Shown piece after piece: positions 1 to 6,964 of a DNA stretch of 64,000 nucleotides. The notes below the pieces were generated by a model that was not told where the DNA came from, searched no databases, and worked only from the letters and a program-made list of their open reading frames with translations. Every line of letters begins with the position of its first letter. Position 1 is the first letter of the stretch. The stretch lies in sequence record PQ352032.1; one strand, 5' to 3'. Origin of the DNA: Enterobacter phage phiT5282EW. The translations under genes and the position numbers were made by a program.

Positions 1-598
1 CCTCGCTGCGCATGATCACGCCGCGCATCATCTTCCGGGTATTGTCCGCCAGATTGACCACGTTCTCAGCCGCGCGAGCGCTGGCAAAGTCCAGCGTGGT
101 CTTTTCGATTTTGGTCAGCGGTACGCCACCGGATTCCTCTTTGGTGTTGGGTAGGGCCATCAGCAGCTTGGCGGCGTCGTTAGCCGTCAGCTCTTTCTCC
201 CAGTTAGCCTGGACTTTTCCCAGCAGCGTGGCTTTGGTTGCCAGCCAGTCGGCCTCCGCGATCAGGACATCCTTCGGCATGTAGGTTTGCACCGTCAGCT
301 CGACGGCGAGAAAATGATCGTCCAGTGTCCACTGGTCGAACGGCAGCACGCGCAGGTACAGATCCACCAGCTCGCGCTCCTCCTCAGTCCAGACCTGCAT
401 CATGCCCACCTGTGGCTTTGGCTGCGGTTTTCCTGCCTTCTGGTTCTTCCCCAGCTCCCACGCCTCAATCGCCTTTCTGACGTTGCCCAGATGCAGCAGG
501 CCGCGCTGGGTGAACAGCTCCACCAGCTTGCGGATAAGCGGGCTTTCGTGCGGACGCCAGATATCGCCATCTTCGCCACCGCGAATGGCTTTGTGCAT
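1..598 (-). CDS. hypothetical virion/morphogenesis protein, truncated by window edge (gene continues below position 1)
   Basis: Uninterrupted minus-strand frame from ~658 down to position 1. First ATG at 598. A strong SD (TAAGGAGA, 670-666) lies upstream with only ATC/ATT codons 7-10 nt after it, so the start may be non-canonical (~655-658). Lies directly downstream of the portal gene. Confidence 0.45.
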   Translation of the reverse strand, partial: MHKAIRGGEDGDIWRPHESPLIRKLVELFTQRGLLHLGNVRKAIEAWELGKNQKAGKPQPKPQVGMMQVWTEEERELVDLYLRVLPFDQWTLDDHFLAVELTVQTYMPKDVLIAEADWLATKATLLGKVQANWEKELTANDAAKLLMALPNTKEESGGVPLTKIEKTTLDFASARAAENVVNLADNTRKMMRGVIMRSE

Positions 599-884
599 GG
601 TCTCCAGCACTTCATTGGTCACGTATGGCGTGAGCGATGTCAGATCGAGCGTAATGATGGCGTAGTCTCCTTAAATTAGGTGCCCCCCTTCTGGGAGGGG
701 CGTGCAACCATTCGGCTACCCTTGCGGGCTGGTTGCTGCGTTCGCTGGCACAGTCACGCAGAGGCCCATCAGCCTCACCCTCAGTCAGCGTGAGGGAGGA
801 TTCCCCGGAGGCTCAACCTCCTCCAAGCCCCGGCGACTAGCGGGGAATGCACAGGTTTGCTTTCGCAATCGGAGCACCAAAAAC

Positions 885-2696
885 TTACAGGTCAGGCAGA
901 CCAAACGATTTGTAGAGCCCTTCCTCGTCGAGGTTCTGCAACGTGTTATGCAGCTCATCGAATTTTTTCTTATTGTCGGCTTGCAGCTGCTCCTGCTCGG
1001 CCTGCTGCTGTGCAGCTGCGTCGGCGTCGTCAGGGTTGGCAGGATCAGCGCCCGGCTCCTCGCCCGGCTGCTGTAGCTCGGCCTGCTGCGCCATCTGCTC
1101 GGCCTGAATATCAGCGTTGACCTTAGCCATATAAGGCTGCATCGAAACGCTGTTAAGCGGGGAGTTAGCCCAGTCTTCTTTGATTTCTTCCCAGTTGCGA
1201 GCGCGGCGTGCTTCGTTGACGGTAAGGAGCGTTTTCTCCTCGTCCCACGCCTGCTTCGGATCCTTCTCATCCAGACCTGTCCAGCGGAACACGTACTTAT
1301 CTGAGAAGTCGGAAATGATGTAATCGGTGAATAAGTCCTCGAAGTGCGACAGCAGCGGTCGCAGGCCCTTATCCTTCGAGTTGATCAGCTTCTCCTCCGT
1401 GTCACTGCCGGACAGCGAACTGGTACCAGCAGTGAAGGATTCGAAGTTGATCTCGTCCGGGGCGATGCCATAAATAGCGCAGATGATCGCGGTTAAGAAC
1501 GTCATCCATTTGGCAAACATGATCTCGTTAACGTCTACGCCAAAGTTTTCAAATTTCGCCGTGGATTCCGAAGTTTTGGAAACCATGACGGGCAATGTCC
1601 ATGCGTTATTGATGCCCTTCACCATGCTATTCCAGTACCGCTTAAAGGAGTTGAGATCCTCGGTAGAATAGTCGCCGGAGAGATGGAGCAGACCTTTCGG
1701 GATGGCGTTCGAGTCGAAATACTTCTGGTTGTACGTCATGGCGTTCAGGAAGCCCGTGACGGTGTTTACCAGCAGCTCAGTTTCGCTCATCCCGTAACCG
1801 CCGTTCAGCACATCGGTGCGGGTGTTGCGCGGAACATAGATCAGGTCGTTGTAGGTGTAAGCGGTGCGGATGTTACCCTGCACCACCTGTAATGCGAAAA
1901 TCTCATCATCGCCCTTATACCCGTCCTCGGTGCAGAGGCGGATCGTGGCACCATCGACGGCATAAAGCCCGTCCATGCCCAGCGAGCGGTTTTTCTTGAA
2001 TTCGGTCTCAATCGGCGCGGAGTCCATCACCAGCGAGTCGCGCACCAGCTTGCTCATGAAGCCTGAGAAGTTATCGCGCTTGAGGCGAGCACGCACGCGG
2101 GGGTTACTCTCCCAGCCGCAGTTTTGCATGAACATTTGCAGCGCGTTGATGGAGTCCTGCTCGGCTTTCGCCAGCTTCTGTGAGCCGTTCTGCTCTTTCA
2201 GACGGATCTGGAAGCCGGGGCCCACGCCCTTCTCACTGGCGCGGCAGAAGCGTTTGATCTGGCGGATGCGGGTCATCACCACCGCCGACAGGATTGGCGT
2301 CTTGTCCACCATGTAGCGCATGGCATCAAAGCCAAAGTTTGTCGGACGCTCGTACCAGTCGCCCAGAATCTGCACCTGACGGTCGTCCAGCCAGACGGAC
2401 TGCATACCTTCTTTCTTGCCCTCGCGGACAGCCTGAGAAGGGTAATCGACCAGTGTATTTTTCTGGAGGGACTTGTAAAATTCCTGATCAGCATATGACT
2501 GGGCGATATGCTGAATCAGCGGGGCCAGATCCGGCACGCTGGAAGGCATTGCAGCTTTCTGCGCTTGCGCCATCGCATCCTGCTGTTCGTCGGCAGGCGC
2601 GGCAGGGTTGTGCGCGGTTTGGATGGCGTTGTCAGACATACGGTTAACCTTTGCAAAGTAGTCCGCAGAGAGTGACATCACGACATCACGACGCAA
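885..2696 (-). CDS. portal protein (putative)
   Basis: 603-aa ORF next to the terminase large subunit in the same orientation. Acidic C-terminus (EEPGADPANPDDADAAA...). Size and position are typical of portals. Track start is TTG at 2696; in-frame ATGs at 2679 and 2639 are alternatives. Confidence 0.55.
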   Translation of the reverse strand: MRRDVVMSLSADYFAKVNRMSDNAIQTAHNPAAPADEQQDAMAQAQKAAMPSSVPDLAPLIQHIAQSYADQEFYKSLQKNTLVDYPSQAVREGKKEGMQSVWLDDRQVQILGDWYERPTNFGFDAMRYMVDKTPILSAVVMTRIRQIKRFCRASEKGVGPGFQIRLKEQNGSQKLAKAEQDSINALQMFMQNCGWESNPRVRARLKRDNFSGFMSKLVRDSLVMDSAPIETEFKKNRSLGMDGLYAVDGATIRLCTEDGYKGDDEIFALQVVQGNIRTAYTYNDLIYVPRNTRTDVLNGGYGMSETELLVNTVTGFLNAMTYNQKYFDSNAIPKGLLHLSGDYSTEDLNSFKRYWNSMVKGINNAWTLPVMVSKTSESTAKFENFGVDVNEIMFAKWMTFLTAIICAIYGIAPDEINFESFTAGTSSLSGSDTEEKLINSKDKGLRPLLSHFEDLFTDYIISDFSDKYVFRWTGLDEKDPKQAWDEEKTLLTVNEARRARNWEEIKEDWANSPLNSVSMQPYMAKVNADIQAEQMAQQAELQQPGEEPGADPANPDDADAAAQQQAEQEQLQADNKKKFDELHNTLQNLDEEGLYKSFGLPDL

Positions 2697-3092
2697 AATA
2701 ATTTAAATACCCTCTTGCTATCATCTTTTTTGCGTGCTTTAATCCATCCCGTAGCGCTGATTGGGATGTTTTCCGATATTGAAATTTAACTTAGAAAGTT
2801 AATGTCAGTTATGGGACGGAAAGCATCAACCAATGAGCGCTTGGCTTTGACTACTCAATACGGATTTGTCGTTATTTCGCGTATACGGTTGTCAAGTGCT
2901 CAGCCAAATCCGATAAACCGGGTAGATCGATTCAGACGGCTAAGTGGAGCCTGACGATGAAAGCGCCGGATGAGGATGGCGAATGGCAAGCTACTGGCCT
3001 GACTTAATCTCTTTCAAAGTAAAGAGTAAATCTGGGCGGCGATAGTCCATAGAATCAATATCGCAATCGGGTGAAAATCCCGTTCAAATTCT

Positions 3093-3222
3093 ACCGATTA
3101 GTGACGATGAAAGGGGCCTTCGCGATCCCCAAGTAATTGGCAGGTTGCCTTAGGTCACAAGCCGCAGCGGAGATTGCAAGCGAAGCTGTAGGATAGAGGT
3201 TCGACTCCTCTGATCGGTGCCA
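3093..3222 (+). ncRNA. tRNA-like element 1, with ~50-nt internal insertion
   Basis: Canonical T-arm (AGAGG TTCGACT CCTCT), 7-bp acceptor pairing (ACCGATT with GATCGGT, one G-U), discriminator G and encoded CCA end at 3220-3222. Total length is 130 nt. The internal part has a GTGAC/GTCAC stem and a GGGGCCTTCG..CCCC hairpin instead of normal D/anticodon arms. Confidence 0.45.
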
Positions 3223-3364
3223 TTTTTGCGGTTACACAAGTGTGCAGATAGCGTGACGAGGAAAGGCGTTCCGTGCGACGCTGGAGGCGATGGTAGGGTA
3301 AGCACCCTCTCCTATGACTCACGACTCAACCTCTCCGGGTAACGACCGGAGCCGCAAAACAGAT

Positions 3365-3488
3365 TGAAGCGTAGCTCATTGGCAGAGCAGCACACGGATG
3401 CGGATCCGCGCCAGCACAAGGCTCCTTCGGGGTGTGCCGCTGGCTCCAGAAGTGTATGTAACTGGTTCGATCCCAGTCGCTTCAACCA
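3365..3488 (+). ncRNA. tRNA-like element 2, with ~50-nt internal insertion
   Basis: Perfect 7-bp acceptor stem (TGAAGCG / CGCTTCA). Normal D-arm (GCTC ATTGGCA GAGC) and T-arm (ACTGG TTCGATC CCAGT). Discriminator A and encoded CCA at 3486-3488. 124 nt long. The insert has a GCACAC/GTGTGC stem and a C(UUCG)G tetraloop hairpin. Four T separate it from the following tRNA. Confidence 0.5.
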
Positions 3489-3492
3489 TTTT

Positions 3493-3568
3493 GATTCTGT
3501 AGCTACAGCGGTAGAGCGGCGCACTGTTAATGCGCGGGTCGCTGGTTCGAATCCAGCCAGAATCGCCA
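3493..3568 (+). tRNA. tRNA-Asn (anticodon GTT)
   Basis: 76-nt cloverleaf by hand fold: acceptor GATTCTG/CAGAATC, D-arm GCTA-CAGCGGTA-GAGC, anticodon stem GCGCA/TGCGC with loop CT-GTT-AA, variable GGGTC, T-arm GCTGG TTCGAAT CCAGC, discriminator G, encoded CCA. Anticodon arm resembles E. coli tRNA-Asn. Confidence 0.8.
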
Positions 3569-3734
3569 GAGTAATCATGGGTTGGTTACAAGCCTGTCAG
3601 AAGGCAATCCCGCCCCGGCTCCTCCTCAGGTCGCCGGGGCACCTTCCCAGAATTAAGGGCAGTCCCTTACTTCTGCGTCGGTAAGAGCGGAGAATCAGGA
3701 AATTTCGACCGTAGTACCAAAACATTGCTTCCTT

Positions 3735-3760
3735 GCCGCCCCCGTGGGCGGCTTTTTTTT
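3735..3760 (+). terminator. rho-independent terminator after tRNA cluster
   Basis: GCCGCCC-CCGT-GGGCGGC hairpin followed by T8 on the plus strand. Confidence 0.7.
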
Positions 3761-3777
3761 AGCCTGAGGAGTAACCC

Positions 3778-4305
3778 ATGAATATCTTTCGCCGCATCCT
3801 GAATAAAATCTTTGGCATCCCACCAGCGCCACCAGAGCCGAAGATCGAGCCGCCAAAGTTCGGCGGTGATTTCCCGCGCCCGGTCTCCGTCACCATGAAG
3901 GCTACTCAGACCGTCAAGCAGGATCCGATGGCTGCGGCGGTCGCCCGTGCAAAAAGGGACGCGGAGAAAACTGCCGTAAAAGGCAACGTCAGCAGCGCGA
4001 GCAGCAGCTCCACCACACGCCCTGCATATGATCCACTCATGGATCCACTTAACCCGTTAAGCCCGCTATATGTTGGCGTAACAGTTGAGGAGCCGCGCCA
4101 CCGCGTACAGTATCAGGAGGCGACGACGATCAGCGATACCACGCACCGACACGTTTCCAGCCATTCTGAGCCAGTACGCAGCTACAGCTCGCACAGCAGC
4201 AGCCATTCGAGCCATGACTATGGCAGCAGCCACTCAAGCCACAGCAGCCACGACAGCGTCAGCTATGACCACGGCAGCAGCCACCATAGCGGCAGCGACT
4301 GGTAA
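3778..4305 (+). CDS. small His/Ser-rich protein (SH-repeat C-terminus), function unknown
   Basis: 175-aa ORF with SD GAGGAG 6 nt before the ATG. Plus strand, antisense to the flanking late genes, tail-to-tail with the terminase. C-terminus is low complexity (SHSSSHSSHDYGSSHSSHSSHD...HGSSHHSGSDW). Confidence 0.55.
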   Translation: MNIFRRILNKIFGIPPAPPEPKIEPPKFGGDFPRPVSVTMKATQTVKQDPMAAAVARAKRDAEKTAVKGNVSSASSSSTTRPAYDPLMDPLNPLSPLYVGVTVEEPRHRVQYQEATTISDTTHRHVSSHSEPVRSYSSHSSSHSSHDYGSSHSSHSSHDSVSYDHGSSHHSGSDW

Positions 4306-6921
4306 TTAGTCGTCACCTTTCGAAATAAAGCCGGAGCAGCCAATATCCTCCGGCTTCACCTGCATCATGATCTCATGGCAGGATCTGGTCTCCGGGTCGT
4401 AGTTCACACAGCGCCCGCAAACATCCCCGCGATACTTCACGCTGTTCACCTCCTCCATGTAGCTCACCAGCGTCTGATCAACGCCGATATCCAGCGGGCT
4501 CAGGCGCTCGATCTTCACCTGCGGTGCATCCGGCAGAATAAACGTACTGGTACCATGCGCACGGCTCCATGCCACATCGCACAGCAGGTTTGCGTATGAG
4601 AAGTGTGGATCGATGCCGATTTTCTTCACGCTGCGCTTGTACTGGTTCGTTTCCTCGTCCTTCTCAGCCACCAGCGCCGTTTTGGTGAAGTGCGTGAACA
4701 TTACCGGGGCCACGGCTTCCACGCGCGTGACGCCCTTCTCACGAATCTCCTGCACCAGCCCCTGAGGGTCTGGGATGAGGCAGATTGGCTCGTCGGCAGT
4801 GAAGCGGGCCATGGAGACCTGCATACACTTATACTGGTCAATGCGGACGGTGTAGCGATCCTGTTCGTTCTCGTCGGTGCGCACATCGGACTTGTCCAGC
4901 TTCATGCTGTCATTCCACTGGATCATGCCATCCGCTACAGTACCGAAGCTATTACAGATGAATACCCGGCCTTTGTGACGGTTGGCGAAGCGCTTGGCGT
5001 CGTTGTAGTTCGGGTTGATTTCCACCACGCAGCAAGCCACGCCGTACTGGTTCATCAGCTCGCTACAACGGGCAAACGGATCCTCGCTGTAAATCATTTC
5101 GATGTGGACAATCGCTTGGTGCCCGGAGGGCAGTCGCTCCTTGATAACCACCACGTTAAACTGGCCCATCTGGTCAATACCCATGTAGCAGTTATCTGCG
5201 CGGGACTTCCACTGCACGCCGAAACGCAGACCATGCTTAACGCAATTTGCCAGGTGTTCCAGCGTTACCGGAACCAGCGACGGATCGAGGAACGGCTTGC
5301 CCAGTTTACGGTTATAGAAGTTTTTCATATCCGTAGCGTTGTTGAAGGCGGAAATAATCTCGCCGGGGCTGATTGTCGGTGACAGGAACTGCGGAAAGTG
5401 CGCCGACCGGATGCACATTTCCCCTTCCTCATTCTCCGGCGCATCCGGGATCCATTCCCCGCGCTGCGTGTCCTCAATCCAGCCTCCGCAGCTGTAGCAG
5501 ACATATCGGTGGCGTCTGGTGTCCGGGTCGTACTTAATGCACTGCGGGAAATAGTCATCCAGCGGTTTCTTTTCGAGGCAGTGCGGGCACTCGGTATGGA
5601 AACGGTACTGGGATCCCAGCTTGTACCAGTGGTGGATATCGGAGTCGGGCCAGTTGGCGGTGGAGCCCATCAGGCTGTAACGGATCGGGGATGCAGACAG
5701 ACGCTCACGCGTTTTCTCCATCTGCTCCAGTGACATTTCCTGCACCTCATCGAAGCTCAGGACATCCATCGGGATGGATTCGGTAGTCGCGCGGCCCGAT
5801 GTCCAGCTGAATACAAACATGGCCTCACCGATGCGACGTGTACGCACGTTACCCTCGCCTTTCTTGCGACCGCCGCCTTTCTCATCGTCCTGCACCATGA
5901 GCGCATGTACCTCAGGTACGGTGCGCACAATCGGCATGAAGCGCTCGGAGGACTTGATCCCCGCCAGCGCGGCATCCGGCAAGAACATGCCGATAGTCAT
6001 CGGTTGGAAGCGCAGGCCAAGGTAAATAACAGCGAGCATTTCCATGACGGTAAAGCCCACCTGCGCACACTTCATCAGCACCAGCGTTTTGCGGTATGCC
6101 TCCTCGACGGTGCTGGGGATCTGGTCATAAATCCACGCCATCGCCGGGCGGTTGTCCAGCTTGAACGGGCGACCATCCACTTTGAGGCCGGTTTCGCCCA
6201 GCCGGATGCACCACTCCAGAAAGGTCTCGTTTGGCTTGAGGATTTTCTGGGAAGCGGTCAGTACAAAGGTCGTATCGAGGAATTCAGCATCATAGCGCTG
6301 GCGCTTCTCATCCCCGGTCGTGCTGTCCATTTTCTCCAGGAATGCCGCGTCGAGGTTGTGGCGGTTGGTCTCGGTCGGCACGCGGCGTCGGAACCAGTCA
6401 GGATCCAGCTCGGCTTCCATCCACAGGCGATAAAAGTCGTGATTCTTCCCGTAGGCCCCGGACAGGAACCATGCACTGCCGTGGTACTCGCGCAGGCACT
6501 CAGCCAGCGTGTCACCCCAGATCTGCATGAAGTTGTAAATCTCGCGCACGTCATCAATGATCATCAGGCCATACTGCCCATTAACCTCTTTCAGGCTGTC
6601 AGCCGCGTAAAGGTCAATGTACTGGCCCGACAGCAGCGTGATGCGCCTGCTGGTTGAGCTCTTGATGAGGGGATCGATGGCCTGTACGATCCGCGTGCGC
6701 ACCTCCATGAGGTCTTTGTACGTGGCGCTCATCCACATCGCCGGGGCAGGGTTATTCATGATGCCCTGTTTACCAGCCACCAGCGCCTCTATGCCAAGGG
6801 TTGTTTTTCCTGCCTTCTCGCCCATGGCAATAACGTTAAAACGCGCCGCACGGTCGATACAGACCTGCAACGCGTCATTGAGAATGGGCAGCTTAATTTT
6901 AACGGTCTTTTGGCGTGCCAT
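4306..6921 (-). CDS. terminase large subunit (GpA-like), with C-terminal extension
   Basis: Walker A GEKAGKTT near the N-terminus and a CxxC...C..C zinc-ribbon segment (CPHCLEKK...CYSCGGW). About 871 aa. Start placed at ATG 6921 with AAGGA SD; the track's TTG start is at 6957. Confidence 0.7.
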   Translation of the reverse strand: MARQKTVKIKLPILNDALQVCIDRAARFNVIAMGEKAGKTTLGIEALVAGKQGIMNNPAPAMWMSATYKDLMEVRTRIVQAIDPLIKSSTSRRITLLSGQYIDLYAADSLKEVNGQYGLMIIDDVREIYNFMQIWGDTLAECLREYHGSAWFLSGAYGKNHDFYRLWMEAELDPDWFRRRVPTETNRHNLDAAFLEKMDSTTGDEKRQRYDAEFLDTTFVLTASQKILKPNETFLEWCIRLGETGLKVDGRPFKLDNRPAMAWIYDQIPSTVEEAYRKTLVLMKCAQVGFTVMEMLAVIYLGLRFQPMTIGMFLPDAALAGIKSSERFMPIVRTVPEVHALMVQDDEKGGGRKKGEGNVRTRRIGEAMFVFSWTSGRATTESIPMDVLSFDEVQEMSLEQMEKTRERLSASPIRYSLMGSTANWPDSDIHHWYKLGSQYRFHTECPHCLEKKPLDDYFPQCIKYDPDTRRHRYVCYSCGGWIEDTQRGEWIPDAPENEEGEMCIRSAHFPQFLSPTISPGEIISAFNNATDMKNFYNRKLGKPFLDPSLVPVTLEHLANCVKHGLRFGVQWKSRADNCYMGIDQMGQFNVVVIKERLPSGHQAIVHIEMIYSEDPFARCSELMNQYGVACCVVEINPNYNDAKRFANRHKGRVFICNSFGTVADGMIQWNDSMKLDKSDVRTDENEQDRYTVRIDQYKCMQVSMARFTADEPICLIPDPQGLVQEIREKGVTRVEAVAPVMFTHFTKTALVAEKDEETNQYKRSVKKIGIDPHFSYANLLCDVAWSRAHGTSTFILPDAPQVKIERLSPLDIGVDQTLVSYMEEVNSVKYRGDVCGRCVNYDPETRSCHEIMMQVKPEDIGCSGFISKGDD

Positions 6922-6964
6922 TGTGAATCCTTGGGTAAAATGGCCCCGAAGGGCCAAGAGGGTA

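Noticed and set aside
287-679. 130-aa plus-strand ORF at window start
   Set aside because: The opposite strand carries a longer uninterrupted frame that continues off the window and follows a strong RBS. The plus ORF is His/Leu-rich antisense noise.
2694-2711. Recurrent pattern of in-frame TAA, strong SD, then ATT/ATC codons ahead of two late genes (portal, post-portal gene)
   Set aside because: It could mean non-canonical ATT starts, but two cases are too few. ATG or TTG starts a few codons downstream are equally compatible.
3093-3488. Possibility that the tRNA-like elements are a tmRNA or an attP/attB duplication of a host tRNA
   Set aside because: There is no tag-peptide reading frame or pseudoknot series, and phage genes continue on both sides (portal and terminase), so this is not an integration junction.
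3312-3684. ORFs 3364-3684 (+) and 3312-3578 (-) over the tRNA region
   Set aside because: They overlap the tRNA-Asn and tRNA-like elements. They start with TTG, and the reading frames are by-products of structured RNA sequence.
4603-5382. 259-aa plus-strand ORF and several others inside 4306-6957
   Set aside because: Antisense to the terminase gene. No RBS and composition typical of junk.
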